Shown here: positions 29,514 to 40,451 of the stretch, one piece after another
Position numbering within the stretch: the stretch's first letter is position 1
Layout of the letters: the number at the start of each line of letters is the position of its first letter
Origin: an uncultured Alistipes sp.
GTDB taxonomy: Bacteria; Bacteroidota; Bacteroidia; Bacteroidales; UBA932
DNA length: 64,000 nucleotides
Direction of reading: 5' to 3'
Assembly (NCBI GenBank): GCA_963931615.1
Contig: OZ007032.1
Span: forward strand, 458,612-522,611
Notes under the pieces: model-generated
Told to the model about the DNA's origin: nothing
Database searches by the model: none
What the model saw: only the letters and a program-made list of their open reading frames with translations
Position numbers and translations under genes: made by a program

Positions 29514-30328
29514 ATCTCAATGTTTTTTTTATTGTTTTTACTGTCTCTCAGAGTGCAGATTATCTGGTCTGAGAACTTGAGGTTTACCGCCGAGTACCGG
29601 CTCCATCCGTAGACGGGCACTATCTGACGGTAGAATGTTTTTAATTTTGCAAATTTATAATCAATATTCTCCGGTCCGCCAAAAATTATTTTTTGGTCTC
29701 CGACTACTGTGAAGAATGCTATATCTCCGTTCTCTTCGACGTCTATCTGTTGAATCTGCGCATTCCATACCGGATGCCTGTCCAGGTAATTGGCCAGTTC
29801 TATCATTCCTTCAATCCAGTCTCTGTCCTCTTGGTCGGGGATGCCCCGGTATCCTTCTTCCAGTTTCACCGGAATATGGCCCGAGACTACCGGAACGTAT
29901 GAAGTGAAGGTGCTTACCCACGGGAATATGTAGCCGGTGTCATCGATGTAGAAGGCTCCGCTGGCGGTCTGGACCCTCAGCAGTGGTCTGCGTTGTGTAA
30001 TCTCTACTTTCAGAATACCGTCTCTAGATATGGATACGTCACTCTGCCGTATGGCGCTGCGGCTCTCCAGCAGTTCCTCGATACCGTTAAGAGCAGCCTC
30101 TTCCCGTGACTTGCCTATCGGATTGACGGGAGATGAGGTGATAATGGCTTCTATTTCGGAAGGAGAGACAAATCGGTTCGAGGCACTGTCCAGTATCGTG
30201 ACGGATATGCCTGTGCACAGTTCTCCTTTCCGTCCCTTGTCCGAAAGGATGGATGCTACGGCGAAATATCCGCAGAACAGAGCCGCGGCCAGGGCGGTAA
30301 GGCAGTATGTGACAATCTTTTTAAGCAT
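29510..30328 (-). CDS. ftsQ: Cell division protein FtsQ
   Basis: Single N-terminal TM followed by a POTRA-like domain. Located between murC and ftsA, with a 4-nt overlap with ftsA. Confidence 0.85.
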   Translation of the reverse strand: MLKKIVTYCLTALAAALFCGYFAVASILSDKGRKGELCTGISVTILDSASNRFVSPSEIEAIITSSPVNPIGKSREEAALNGIEELLESRSAIRQSDVSISRDGILKVEITQRRPLLRVQTASGAFYIDDTGYIFPWVSTFTSYVPVVSGHIPVKLEEGYRGIPDQEDRDWIEGMIELANYLDRHPVWNAQIQQIDVEENGDIAFFTVVGDQKIIFGGPENIDYKFAKLKTFYRQIVPVYGWSRYSAVNLKFSDQIICTLRDSKNNKKNIEI

Positions 30329-31691
30329 ATTTCTCCTTGAGCAGATTCTCTATCGGTGTTACCAGGCGGTCTATGTCCCCGGCCCCGAATGTCACAAGTA
30401 TGTCAATATCCCGGGAGGCAATCTCTTCCAGGACTTCTTTTTTCTGGATTATTCTTTTGTCTTTCAGGGTGCAATGCTCGTAAATAAGGCTTGAGGACAC
30501 TCCCGGCAGCGGCTCTTCTCTTGCGGGGTAAACCGGCAGCAGCAGCAGGGAGTCCAGCCGGCTCAGGCTCTCTCCGAATTCCCGGTGGAAATCCTTTGTG
30601 CGGGAGAAGAGGTGTGGCTGGAAAATACCGCAGATTTTCCTTCCGGGCCATACCTGGCGGATGGAGGCAATGGTTGCGGCCAGCTCAGCGGGATGGTGGG
30701 CGTAGTCGTCAATGTAGGTATGTCCCGGAACATTGAGACGGATGTCGAAACGGCGGGCCACTCCGCGGAAGGACGCGATTCCTTCTCTGACTTTGTCCGC
30801 GGAAGTGCCGTGCAGGAGGGCAAGGGCTGCTGCCGCCGTTGCATTCTCGATGTACACTTCTCCCGGGACACCTGCTTGGCAATTTTCAATTTTCCCGTCC
30901 GGAGTGTTGAGTGTGAAATACATTTTCCCCTGTCCGTCGGATACTATGTCCGATGCGCGGTAGTCTCCTCCATCTCCGTAGGTCCATACCCCGGCGCGGA
31001 TATTCCCGTTCCGGAAATATTGTTCCAACTCTTTCTTTACCACCAGCATGCCTGATACCTGGCTGCCGTACTCGACGAAAGTTTCGCGCAGATCGTCGAT
31101 GTCCCGGTAGATGTCCATGTGATCGGCATCCATGGCCGTAATTACGCTTCCTTCGGGGTGCAGGCGGAGGAATGAGCGGTCGAACTCGTCGGCCTCGGCT
31201 ACCATCATTCCGCTGTCGGAGAGGAGCAGGTTTGAACCGTAATTCCTGGAGATTCCGCCAAGGAAGGCGGTGCATCCTTCGCCTGAGACTGTGAGAATAT
31301 GGGCCAGCATGGTGCTGGTAGTGGTCTTTCCGTGGGTGCCGGCTACAGCCAGGCAGCGGTGGCCGGCGGTAATCTCCTCCAGGGCCTCCGATCGTTTGAT
31401 GGTCCTGTACCCGCGGCTGCGGGCATAGCTCAGTTCTCCCATTTCCTGAGGAACGGCGGGAGTATATATGACCAGCGTGCTGTCGGTGTCAGGTGGAATG
31501 AACGAGGCATTGTCCTCGAAGTGAACTGGAATGCCCTCCTCTTCCAGAGCCCGTGTGATGGGGGACGGAGTACGGTCGTAACCGCTGACGCGGCTCCCGC
31601 TGTGGTGGAACCAGCGGGCCAGGGCGCTCATGCCGATGCCGCCGATGCCGATGAGGTAGATGTTATTGTATGTCTTCATGTTTCTTGTCAT
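30321..31691 (-). CDS. murC: UDP-N-acetylmuramate--L-alanine ligase
   Basis: IYLIGIGGIGMSALA and GTHGKTTTS (Mur ligase P-loop). Confidence 0.95.
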   Translation of the reverse strand: MTRNMKTYNNIYLIGIGGIGMSALARWFHHSGSRVSGYDRTPSPITRALEEEGIPVHFEDNASFIPPDTDSTLVIYTPAVPQEMGELSYARSRGYRTIKRSEALEEITAGHRCLAVAGTHGKTTTSTMLAHILTVSGEGCTAFLGGISRNYGSNLLLSDSGMMVAEADEFDRSFLRLHPEGSVITAMDADHMDIYRDIDDLRETFVEYGSQVSGMLVVKKELEQYFRNGNIRAGVWTYGDGGDYRASDIVSDGQGKMYFTLNTPDGKIENCQAGVPGEVYIENATAAAALALLHGTSADKVREGIASFRGVARRFDIRLNVPGHTYIDDYAHHPAELAATIASIRQVWPGRKICGIFQPHLFSRTKDFHREFGESLSRLDSLLLLPVYPAREEPLPGVSSSLIYEHCTLKDKRIIQKKEVLEEIASRDIDILVTFGAGDIDRLVTPIENLLKEKYA

Positions 31692-32823
31692 CTATGAGAT
31701 TCAGAACTTCCCTGGCGATATTCACGGCAGCGTCCGGACGAGCCATTTTCAGGATGTTCTCTTCAAGTACCGCCCGTCTTCCGCGGTCGTTGAGAAGCTC
31801 CTCTATGGCCGGGAAGAGGTCTGTTGAGGCACGGCTGTCGCAGACCAGAACGGCAGCATCCATGTCCACGAGGGACATGGCGTTGTGGGTCTGATGGTCC
31901 TCCGCTACATTTGGAGAAGGTACGAATATGGTAGCCTTGCCTATTGAACATAGTTCGGATATGGTCCCGGCGCCGGCTCTGGAGACTACGATGTCGGCGG
32001 CGGCAAATGCCAGGTCCATGCGGGAGATGAAATCGCAGTTGCGGATGTTGCCCCAGATGCGTATTCCGTTGCGGTTCTGGCTGACTCCTCTGAGCCGGGA
32101 GAACATCTCCTGGACCTGGGAGGAATAACCTTTGCCGCTCTGCCATATAATCTGATAGGGGAATGCTCCGTCGTTGGATCTGCATGCGACCCTCATTACT
32201 GAGTTGAATGTGCCGCATCCTCCGCTGCCTCCCACAACAAGGACTGTCGGCAGTGCAGGGTCCAGATTGAAGAAGCGCAGGCCTTCTGCTTTCTCCTCCG
32301 GAGTAAACGGGCGCATGTTGTCCCTGATGGGATTCCCGGTAAGGACAATTTTCTGAGCGGGGAAAAAACGGTTCATCCCCGGGTAGGCAGTGCATATTCT
32401 CCGGGCTTTGCGGCTTAGAATCTTATTGGTAAGACCTGCGTAGGAGTTCTGTTCCTGAATGAGGGTGGGAATACCCTTAGATGCTGCTTTCCACAGCATG
32501 GGGGCGCTTGCATAGCCTCCCACGCCTACCACTACGTCCGGCTTGAAGCTGCGGATGATCTCTCCGGCCTTGCGCAGGCTGCGCAGGACCTTGGCGGGCA
32601 GAGCCAGGTTGGACGCAGACAGACTTCTCTGGAGACCGGCTACCGGCAGGCCGATGATACGGTATCCGGCGGCAGGAACCCGTTCCATTTCCATTTTACC
32701 CTCGGCTCCGACGAAGAGAATGTCGGCTTCCGGCTCTATTTTCCTGATAGCGTCCGCTATCGAGAGGGCGGGGAAGATGTGGCCTCCGGTGCCCCCTCCG
32801 CTGATTATGATTCTGTGCTGCAT
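31663..32823 (-). CDS. murG: Undecaprenyldiphospho-muramoylpentapeptide beta-N-acetylglucosaminyltransferase
   Basis: IIISGGGTGGHIFPAL at the N-terminus; 386 aa. Confidence 0.95.
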   Translation of the reverse strand: MQHRIIISGGGTGGHIFPALSIADAIRKIEPEADILFVGAEGKMEMERVPAAGYRIIGLPVAGLQRSLSASNLALPAKVLRSLRKAGEIIRSFKPDVVVGVGGYASAPMLWKAASKGIPTLIQEQNSYAGLTNKILSRKARRICTAYPGMNRFFPAQKIVLTGNPIRDNMRPFTPEEKAEGLRFFNLDPALPTVLVVGGSGGCGTFNSVMRVACRSNDGAFPYQIIWQSGKGYSSQVQEMFSRLRGVSQNRNGIRIWGNIRNCDFISRMDLAFAAADIVVSRAGAGTISELCSIGKATIFVPSPNVAEDHQTHNAMSLVDMDAAVLVCDSRASTDLFPAIEELLNDRGRRAVLEENILKMARPDAAVNIAREVLNLIDDKKHEDIQ

Positions 32824-34013
32824 GGTGTTTCCTCCTTTTCGTTTTCGGTTTTAAGTTTCAAGTCTTTGATTTCTATAGTCCTGTTGACGGACAGGATGAT
32901 TCCGAAGGCACAGTTCATGATGATCAGTGCTGTTCCTCCGTGGCTGATCATCGGCAGGGTCTGCCCTGTGACAGGCAGGATACCGACGTTTACGAAGATG
33001 TGCAGGAATGCCTGCATGGTGATGAGTGTGGAGAGGCCCAGGACAGTGATGATTGAGAACTTGCGGGTGCATGCCCTGGCGATTTTCATGCATCTGTAGA
33101 AAAACCATAGATACAGAATAATGACGACCACTCCGCCGATAAGACCATATTCCTCGATGATTATGGAATAGATATAATCGTCGTAGGCGTTTGGCAGTAT
33201 GTCGCGCTTGATGCTGTTTCCGGGACCGCGTCCGAATATGCCGCCCAGCTGTATCGCTTCACGTGCCTGGTCGGACTGGAATGTCTTGTCGTTGTACTCG
33301 GCCAGTTCCGCCGCGCTCATGCTCTCTGTTTCATCCTCTGCAAAGTGGCGCTCGATTCTTTGGCCGAAAGTGTCGAAGCGGGAGAATATCCTGCCGTGGG
33401 AGATAATGCTGACTGTGAATGCGACTGCAACTGCACCGACGGCAATGGGTATGGTCCAGAGAATAAATTCCCGCTTAATCCCGGCGCATACCAGAATTAT
33501 CAGCGACAAAGTACCTATAATCAGTGTCGCAGACATACTGCCAAGCATGGCAAGGGCGCATACCAGCCCTACGGGAAGCAGAATTTTCAGAGCATATTCC
33601 TTGAAAGTATTCATGGGCGATGCTTCTATGACGCGGGCCAGGTAGAGAACTGTGGCAACTTTGGCAATCTCGGCGGGGTGTACGGGAACGCCAAGAAGAG
33701 TAAAACTGCGGAGATGACCTGTGGCGGCAGGAACTGTCAGTAAAATTATAGACAGTCCCATGGCTGCGTAGGAGAGGATGCGGTACCATTTCATCGGTAT
33801 CCTGTAGCAGATGAGCAGGACGATGAACCCGACGATGTAGAATCCGGCCTGATCTATGAGGTACCTGAACGGAGATGTGTCATGGCGGTATGCCAGGGAG
33901 CTTGTAGCCGAGTACACCACTGCCATGGATATCATTGCGAAGAAAAGGATGAGCAGCCAGATCACTCTGTCTCCGCGGAGTCTGCCTATATTTTTGAATA
34001 TTTCTGTCATCAT
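32805..34013 (-). CDS. ftsW: SEDS-family peptidoglycan glycosyltransferase FtsW
   Basis: Ten-TM SEDS pattern; the C-terminal LPVTGQTLPMISHGGTA motif. Confidence 0.93.
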   Translation of the reverse strand: MMTEIFKNIGRLRGDRVIWLLILFFAMISMAVVYSATSSLAYRHDTSPFRYLIDQAGFYIVGFIVLLICYRIPMKWYRILSYAAMGLSIILLTVPAATGHLRSFTLLGVPVHPAEIAKVATVLYLARVIEASPMNTFKEYALKILLPVGLVCALAMLGSMSATLIIGTLSLIILVCAGIKREFILWTIPIAVGAVAVAFTVSIISHGRIFSRFDTFGQRIERHFAEDETESMSAAELAEYNDKTFQSDQAREAIQLGGIFGRGPGNSIKRDILPNAYDDYIYSIIIEEYGLIGGVVVIILYLWFFYRCMKIARACTRKFSIITVLGLSTLITMQAFLHIFVNVGILPVTGQTLPMISHGGTALIIMNCAFGIILSVNRTIEIKDLKLKTENEKEETPCSTES

Positions 34014-34031
34014 CTTCTCCTCCAGATTGTT

Positions 34032-35366
34032 CTAAAGTTCTCTGACGGCTGCCTTGAACTGCCGTCCGCGGTCCTCATAGTTCTTGAACAGGTCGAAGCT
34101 GGCACAGCAGGGAGACAGGAGCACGACGTCTCCGTCGCTGGCAAGCTCGTAGGCTTTCTGTACAGCCTCCTTTGCGGATGATGCATCGGTGATGGTGTGA
34201 ACCATGGGGCCGAAGAAGTCGTGGAGCTTGCGGTTGTCCTTGCCCATGCAGATGAGGGCCTTTACCTTCTCGCGCACCAGCGGCTCTATCTCGGAATAGT
34301 CGTTGCCCTTGTCGGTGCCGCCGGCTATCCATATCACGGGCCGGTTCATGCACTCGAGGGCGTACCAGGTGGAGTTGACGTTGGTCGCCTTGGAGTCGTT
34401 GATGTAGAGGACGCCGCGGACGCTCATCACCTTCTCGAGGCGGTGCTCTATATTCTCGAATGTGGCCAGGCTCCGGCGGATAATGTCGTTGGTGATGTTC
34501 ATTATCTTACCGGTGATGGCCGCGGCCATGGAGTTGTAGATGTTGTGCTTGCCCTTGAGTGAAAGTTCCTCGGTGGGAACGCTCCATTCCTCGCCCTCGT
34601 AGCGGACGGTTATTTTCTTATCGTCGGCGAAGGCTCCCTCGGCCACCTCGTGCTTCTCGGAGAAGGGGAGCATTTTGGCCCTGAGTACTATCTCGTTGAT
34701 GTGTCCGACAGTTACGCTGTCGTCGTCGCAGAAGATGAAGCAGTCCTTCTCCGACATGTTGCGGGTGATGCGGAACTTGGCCCGGACGTAGTTCTGCATC
34801 TTGTGGTCGTAGCGGTCCAGATGGTCCGGAGTGATGTTGAGGATAATCGCGATGTCGGCCTTGAAATCGTACATGCCGTCGAGCTGGAAACTACTGAGTT
34901 CCAGGACGTAGATGTCGAAGTCCTCGGTGGCCACCTGGTAGGCGTAGCTCTTGCCGATGTTGCCTCCGAGACCTACGTTGAGGCCGGCGTTGCGCAGCAT
35001 GTAGTAGATCAGCGAGGTCGTGGTGGTCTTGCCGTTGCTGCCGGTGATGCAGATCTTCTTGGCCCTGTCGTAGCGGCCCGCGAACTCTATCTCCGAGATG
35101 ACGGGGATGCCGGCCTTCAGCGCCTCGCTCACCAGCGGGGCAGTGTCAGGGATGCCGGGACTCTTGATGATCTCGTCGGCGCTGAGGATTTTTTCCGGGG
35201 TGTGATGACCCTCCTCGTAGGGGATGCCGTATTTCTCCAGCAGGGCCTTGCCTTCGGTCGGGATGCTGCCGTTGTCGGAGAGGAATGTGTCGAAACCTTT
35301 GACTTTTGCGAGGACGGCTGCTCCGACTCCGCTCTCGCCGCCTCCGAGTGCTACGATGCGTTTCAT
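34032..35366 (-). CDS. murD: UDP-N-acetylmuramoylalanine--D-glutamate ligase
   Basis: The ATG at 35366 gives MKRIVALGGGESGVGAA. GSNGKTTTT P-loop present. The track ORF extends to 35744 only because the frame stays open across mraY. Confidence 0.93.
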   Translation of the reverse strand: MKRIVALGGGESGVGAAVLAKVKGFDTFLSDNGSIPTEGKALLEKYGIPYEEGHHTPEKILSADEIIKSPGIPDTAPLVSEALKAGIPVISEIEFAGRYDRAKKICITGSNGKTTTTSLIYYMLRNAGLNVGLGGNIGKSYAYQVATEDFDIYVLELSSFQLDGMYDFKADIAIILNITPDHLDRYDHKMQNYVRAKFRITRNMSEKDCFIFCDDDSVTVGHINEIVLRAKMLPFSEKHEVAEGAFADDKKITVRYEGEEWSVPTEELSLKGKHNIYNSMAAAITGKIMNITNDIIRRSLATFENIEHRLEKVMSVRGVLYINDSKATNVNSTWYALECMNRPVIWIAGGTDKGNDYSEIEPLVREKVKALICMGKDNRKLHDFFGPMVHTITDASSAKEAVQKAYELASDGDVVLLSPCCASFDLFKNYEDRGRQFKAAVREL

Positions 35367-35371
35367 GGTGA

Positions 35372-36550
35372 TTAACGTATTTTGAGTGTTATTATTGTCG
35401 CTATTGCCAGCAGTATGCTTACTATCCAGAAGCGCATGACGATCTTGGCCTCCGGAATGGCTCTGACGGGCTTGGTGATCAGAGCGGGTACCCCTTCCTT
35501 CTGATAGTGGTGGTGCAGGGGGGCCATCTTGAAGACGCGGCGTCCGGCCCCGTATTTCTTCTTGGTGTACTTGAAGTAGAGCCGCTGGATGATTACCGAG
35601 AGGGACTCGGTGAAGAATACTCCGCAGAGAATCGGTATGAGCAGTTCCTTGCGTATGAGGACGGCCACCACTCCTATGATGCCGCCGAGGGCCAGGCTGC
35701 CGGTGTCGCCCATGAATACCTGGGCAGGGTAGGAGTTGAACCACAGGAAGCCGAGCAGGGCGCCGACCAGGGCCGAGAGGTAGACCGTTATCTCGCCTGA
35801 GTCGGGGATGTACATGATGTTGAGGTAGTCGGCGTAGATTACGTTTCCGGAGAGGTAGGCCAGGACTCCGAGGGCGGCGCCGACTATCGCTGTTATACCC
35901 GCTGCCAGGCCGTCCATGCCGTCAGTGAGGTTTACCGCGTTGGACATGGCCGTGATGATGAATATGATGACGGCCACGTAGATGACCACCTGCAGCAGTT
36001 CCTTGATCTTACCGCTGCCCGGGGCCAGCCAGGCGTAGTCGAACTCGTTGTTCTTCACGAAGGGGATGGTGGTCAGGGTGCTGACCGTGTCCTCGTGGAC
36101 GCATATCGTGATGCCTACGGCCAGGGCCAGGATGACCTGTCCCACTATCTTGTACTTGCCGCTCATGCCTTCCTTGTTCTTCCTGAAGACCTTGATGTAG
36201 TCATCCGTGAATCCCAGGGCTCCGAGCCATACGAGTGTGATGAGCAGCAGCTGGATGTACATGTTGGTCAGGTCGCCGAAGAGCAGTACGGCTATGAGTA
36301 TCGAGCCGAGAATCATGACGCCGCCCATGGTGGGGGTGCCCTTCTTGGCCAGCTGCCCCTCCAGACCCAGGTCGCGGATCTCTTCTCCGATCTGCAGTTT
36401 CTGAAGTCCGCGGATGACCTTGCCTCCGAAGCAGAGCATCAGGACTATGGCTGTCACGCTGGCCAGGATGGACCGCACCGAGATGTACTGCAGCAGGCCC
36501 GATCCGGGGAAGTCCAGATGTTGAAGTTGTTCGAACAGGTAGTATATCAT
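35372..36550 (-). CDS. mraY: Phospho-N-acetylmuramoyl-pentapeptide transferase
   Basis: Motifs [20 protein letters not shown] and [12 protein letters not shown]. Confidence 0.96.
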   Translation of the reverse strand: MIYYLFEQLQHLDFPGSGLLQYISVRSILASVTAIVLMLCFGGKVIRGLQKLQIGEEIRDLGLEGQLAKKGTPTMGGVMILGSILIAVLLFGDLTNMYIQLLLITLVWLGALGFTDDYIKVFRKNKEGMSGKYKIVGQVILALAVGITICVHEDTVSTLTTIPFVKNNEFDYAWLAPGSGKIKELLQVVIYVAVIIFIITAMSNAVNLTDGMDGLAAGITAIVGAALGVLAYLSGNVIYADYLNIMYIPDSGEITVYLSALVGALLGFLWFNSYPAQVFMGDTGSLALGGIIGVVAVLIRKELLIPILCGVFFTESLSVIIQRLYFKYTKKKYGAGRRVFKMAPLHHHYQKEGVPALITKPVRAIPEAKIVMRFWIVSILLAIATIITLKIR

Positions 36551-38001
36551 AGCAGTATCTCCTTTAATATTTCCTTGTCGTCGAAATGGGACTTGACTCC
36601 GTTTACTATCTGGTAGTCCTCATGACCTTTTCCGGCCACGAGGATGATGGCTCCGTCGGGGGCCGTCATTACGGCCGTGCGTATCGCTTCCCGGCGGTCG
36701 GTGATGAACAGGGACTTGGCCATGCCCTCCGCGTCCAGGCCCTGTTTCATGTCCTCGATGATGGCGTCCGGGTCCTCGAAACGGGGGTTGTCCGAGGTGA
36801 TGACCACGCGGTCGGCGTAGCGGGCTCCGATGGCGGCCATCTCCGGGCGCTTGGTGCGGTCGCGGTTGCCTCCGCAGCCGAAGACGGCTATGAGCTGTGA
36901 GCTGCCCTTGAGCTCCAGCAGGGTCTTCAGTACGTTCTCCAGAGCGTCGGGTGTGTGCGCGTAGTCCACTACGGCGGTGATGCCGCGCCTGCCCCTGATG
37001 TATTCCATCCGCCCGGCTACCGGACCCATAGCGCTGATCTGCCTGAGCACCTCCTCCCTGTCCGCGCCCAGCAGTACGGCGGCGGCGTAGACCGCGCAGA
37101 TATTGTGGGCGTTGTAGTCCCCGATGAAGCGGGTCCAGACCTCCGTCCCGTCCAGGCTGAGCAGGTAGCCCTCCAGGCTGCGCTCCACTATCCGTACCTT
37201 GAACTCGGCCATGCTGCCCTCGCTGTAGCGGTATACCCTGGCTGCGGTGTTCTGCACCATGACGGAGGCGTTGCGGTCGTCCGAGTTGATAAGGGCGAAA
37301 GCGCCGCGGCCCAGGGAGTCGAAGAGCAGCTTCTTGCAGCGGATGTATTCCGTGAATGTCTTGTGGTAATCCAGATGGTCGTGGGTGATGTTGGTGAAAA
37401 TGGTGCCGCGGAAGCTCAGGCCCGCCACGCGGCCCTGATGCAGGGCGTGGGAGCTGACTTCCATGAAGCAGTACTGGCAGCCTCTGTCCGCCATCATCCG
37501 CATCAGGCGGTTGAGGGTGATGGGGTCCTGGGTGGTGTTGGTGGTCTCGAACTTCTCCCCGCAGATGTAGTTGGCAATGGTGGAGAGCAGGCCGCAGCAG
37601 TAGCCCAGGGAGGTGAAGAGGCGGTAGAGGAGGGTGGCAATGGTGGTCTTGCCGTTGGTGCCGGTGACTCCGACAAGGTGCAGGTCACGGCTCGGGTGGC
37701 CGAAGAAGTTACCTGCAATCAGGGCCGTTGCCATACGCGTGTCCTCCACTCTTACTGCACTCATTCCTTTTGTCCTGATGGCGTTCAATGCTTCCGGTCT
37801 CTGGTATATGACGGCTGCTGCTCCGGCTTCGGCAGCCTTGTCGATGTAGTCGTGGCCGTCGCTGTCGAAGCCTGGAATAGCAATGAACAGACATCCTGGC
37901 CGGCAAAGTCTTGAGTCGGAGGTGATATCCGGAATCTCAATGTCCAGCGGCCCCTCTGCCGAGGAAATCTGAATACCTTTTAATATATAGTCGAGTCTCA
38001 T
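36547..38001 (-). CDS. murE: UDP-N-acetylmuramoyl-L-alanyl-D-glutamate--2,6-diaminopimelate ligase
   Basis: [10 protein letters not shown]-loop, and [12 protein letters not shown], a DNPR-type region indicating meso-DAP specificity. Confidence 0.93.
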   Translation of the reverse strand: MRLDYILKGIQISSAEGPLDIEIPDITSDSRLCRPGCLFIAIPGFDSDGHDYIDKAAEAGAAAVIYQRPEALNAIRTKGMSAVRVEDTRMATALIAGNFFGHPSRDLHLVGVTGTNGKTTIATLLYRLFTSLGYCCGLLSTIANYICGEKFETTNTTQDPITLNRLMRMMADRGCQYCFMEVSSHALHQGRVAGLSFRGTIFTNITHDHLDYHKTFTEYIRCKKLLFDSLGRGAFALINSDDRNASVMVQNTAARVYRYSEGSMAEFKVRIVERSLEGYLLSLDGTEVWTRFIGDYNAHNICAVYAAAVLLGADREEVLRQISAMGPVAGRMEYIRGRRGITAVVDYAHTPDALENVLKTLLELKGSSQLIAVFGCGGNRDRTKRPEMAAIGARYADRVVITSDNPRFEDPDAIIEDMKQGLDAEGMAKSLFITDRREAIRTAVMTAPDGAIILVAGKGHEDYQIVNGVKSHFDDKEILKEILL

Positions 38002-38011
38002 ATATTCAGTG

Positions 38012-40126
38012 TTATTTTAGGGTCAATGTTATTTTGTGTCCGCGTCCGAGAGCGGTTCCTGCATCCGGGGTCTGGGAAACAACCCGCCCGGAACCGCTGA
38101 AGTTCACTTTGTAACCTTCGTTCTCCAGCAGATACAAGGCGTCTTTGAGCCCCATTCCGGAGACATCGGGAACAATCCCTTTTTCAATCTCCAGATCTGT
38201 TACAACAGGAGGGACGCCTTCTTCCCCGCCTTCAATCCTGACCCAGCTCTTGCCCTTGACATACGGCCGCGAGGCCATGGGCATGTACTCTATGGGCATT
38301 CCGTCGTTTGCCGCCATGCCGGAGGCGATGGAAGGATTGTCTTTCGGCGTGATGCCGGAGGAGTAGATGGGCGGATTCCAGCCTGGATTGGATGCGTAGA
38401 TTTTGTCTGCTATCCGTTTGAAGACAGGTGCAGCCCAGGTCGCACCGTAGAAATTACCCTTGGTAGGGCCTGTGTACAGAACTACTATGCATGAGTATCT
38501 GGGCTCGTCTGCCGGGAAGTATCCTGCGAATGAAGCCTGGTACCGTCGGAATCCGTTCTCGTCTTCATATTTCCCGTTAACGGCGACTCTGGCTGTGCCG
38601 GTCTTTCCGGCAATAGAGTACCGGGGATCGTTGCAGATTTTTGCCGTCCCATTTTCCACTACCCCGCGCAGGGCTTTGCGGACATCTGCCAGAGTGCTTC
38701 TTGAGCATATAGAGCCGCTGACTACGGATGCACCCATAGCTTCCGTGGGGATGCCGTCACGCTCGAAATCCTCGATAAAGTAGGGGCGCATCATCTTGCC
38801 TCCATTGGCGATGGCGTTGTAGAATGTGAGGATGTGGAGCGGGGTTACGGTTATGGCGTAACCGTAACCCAAGCTGGCGAGGGAAGAGTTGGACCAGGCC
38901 ACGTCCTCCGGACTGAGAATGTAGGCGTATGCCTCGCCTTCGATATCGAGGTTCAGTTTCTCAACCAGTTTCATGTTGTGCAGACGCGAGATGTATGCGG
39001 AAGGATCATCTCCGTATGATTCGGTTATCATTTTTGCGAAGGCGATGTTGGATGATTTCTCGAAGGCTTCCAGAGCGGTCATCTTGCCGTATCCTCCGCG
39101 GTGTGTGTCCGTGATTCTGATGCCTCCGTAGTGCCATTCTCCGTTGCCTCCGTCCACTTCTGTCTCGAGGGTGATGTATCCGTCCTCTATCATAGCTGTC
39201 AATGCTGCCAGCTTGAGTGTGGAACCCGGTTCGGTAGCATGACTGAATGCATAGTTGTAGGATTCGTCGAATGTCCCGTCCTTCCGTTTGTACATGTTGG
39301 CGATTCCTCTTACGGCGCCGCTCCTGACGTCCATGACAATTGCAGTGCCTCCTTCGAATACATCGCTCATTGCCAACTGATTGCGCAGCTCTGTCTCGGC
39401 GGCTTCCTGGATCCGGACATCTATGGTGGTACGGATGTCCTCACCGTCTATGGCCGGAACGGCCGGGGCTCCATTTACAGGAATCCATTCTCCGCCAAGG
39501 GCTCTGTGGACTGTCTGGATGCCTTTCTCTCCGCGCAGCCTGTAGTCGTATGTGTATTCTATTCCGGCACCTTCACCTACGGCGTTGATGGATCCTATGG
39601 TGCGGTTTGCAAGCGTCCCGTAGGGATGGGTTCTCTCGCTGCCCTGTATCACGATCAGGCCGCCTTTGAACTGTCCCAGCCTGAAAATAGGGAATTGTTC
39701 TATCAGACCCAGTTCTCCGTAGTCTACATTTCTCGGTCCTATCTGCTTGTATCTGTTTCCTCTGGCTCTGGCGTCGGAGAGATCCTTCCTGTAGGAGGAC
39801 GGAGATTTGTCTCCGAACAGACGTGACAGGCAAAGGGCCAGAGAGTCCAGGCTGCGGCTCCATGTGGAGTCGGCGACGACCTTCGAGTCCCACCGCAGCT
39901 CATATACCGGTATGGATACGGCGAGGGGGCTGCCGTCGTATGCGAGAATACTGCCTCTGGACGGCTCCAGTACCTGCTCTTTGTATATGTCGTCAGTGGT
40001 AATCCTGTCCTTGGTCAGGAACTGCTCCTTGACGATGCCGAAAGCCGCGACGGCTCCCAGCACCAGAAAACCGATGTAGACGAAGAAAAACTTCAGGAAT
40101 ATCTTGTCCGTGCCGCTGTTCTCCAT
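38012..40126 (-). CDS. ftsI: Penicillin-binding protein 3 (FtsI) with a C-terminal PASTA domain
   Basis: N-terminal TM. Transpeptidase motifs STLK (in PGSTLKLAA), SSN (KSSNIAF) and KTGT (AGKTGTA). The C-terminal ~55 aa, VPDVSGMGLKDALYLLENEGYKVNFSGSGRVVSQTPDAG, are PASTA-like. Confidence 0.93.
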   Translation of the reverse strand: MENSGTDKIFLKFFFVYIGFLVLGAVAAFGIVKEQFLTKDRITTDDIYKEQVLEPSRGSILAYDGSPLAVSIPVYELRWDSKVVADSTWSRSLDSLALCLSRLFGDKSPSSYRKDLSDARARGNRYKQIGPRNVDYGELGLIEQFPIFRLGQFKGGLIVIQGSERTHPYGTLANRTIGSINAVGEGAGIEYTYDYRLRGEKGIQTVHRALGGEWIPVNGAPAVPAIDGEDIRTTIDVRIQEAAETELRNQLAMSDVFEGGTAIVMDVRSGAVRGIANMYKRKDGTFDESYNYAFSHATEPGSTLKLAALTAMIEDGYITLETEVDGGNGEWHYGGIRITDTHRGGYGKMTALEAFEKSSNIAFAKMITESYGDDPSAYISRLHNMKLVEKLNLDIEGEAYAYILSPEDVAWSNSSLASLGYGYAITVTPLHILTFYNAIANGGKMMRPYFIEDFERDGIPTEAMGASVVSGSICSRSTLADVRKALRGVVENGTAKICNDPRYSIAGKTGTARVAVNGKYEDENGFRRYQASFAGYFPADEPRYSCIVVLYTGPTKGNFYGATWAAPVFKRIADKIYASNPGWNPPIYSSGITPKDNPSIASGMAANDGMPIEYMPMASRPYVKGKSWVRIEGGEEGVPPVVTDLEIEKGIVPDVSGMGLKDALYLLENEGYKVNFSGSGRVVSQTPDAGTALGRGHKITLTLK

Positions 40127-40127
40127 A

Positions 40128-40451
40128 CTATCTGTCCTCCATTTTTATTCTTGTGGGCGGTGTCTGAGGGGAAGTAAGGTCCAGGGAGTTGCTTTCGAGC
40201 AGATGTTCTATCTCGCCTCTTTTGCCTGTGTGAAGCAGGCGGTTGTATTTGCCCATATACTCGGAGCGCAGGTTCCGGAGTGTCTCCTCATTGCCGGCCA
40301 TCCTCTGCATCGTGTTTCGTATCCCGAAATGGATGCTGATGTAGAGGATGACCAGTGCGAAAATGTATAAAATAAATCTCCAGTGTCGTGTGAAACTGCT
40401 CTTTGCCAGTACCTGTCCTCCCAGAACGTTCTCTATAACCCTTTTCTTCAT
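40128..40451 (-). CDS. ftsL: FtsL-like small division membrane protein
   Basis: 107 aa with one TM (WRFILYIFALVILYISI). Located between rsmH and ftsI, with a 4-nt overlap with rsmH. Confidence 0.75.
   Translation of the reverse strand: MKKRVIENVLGGQVLAKSSFTRHWRFILYIFALVILYISIHFGIRNTMQRMAGNEETLRNLRSEYMGKYNRLLHTGKRGEIEHLLESNSLDLTSPQTPPTRIKMEDR

Noticed and set aside
35367-35744. N-terminal extension of the murD ORF (track ORF 34032..35744, 570 aa).
   Set aside because: The extension overlaps mraY out of frame and is Arg/Pro/His-rich. The canonical MurD N-terminus, MKRIVALGGGESG, starts at the ATG at 35366.
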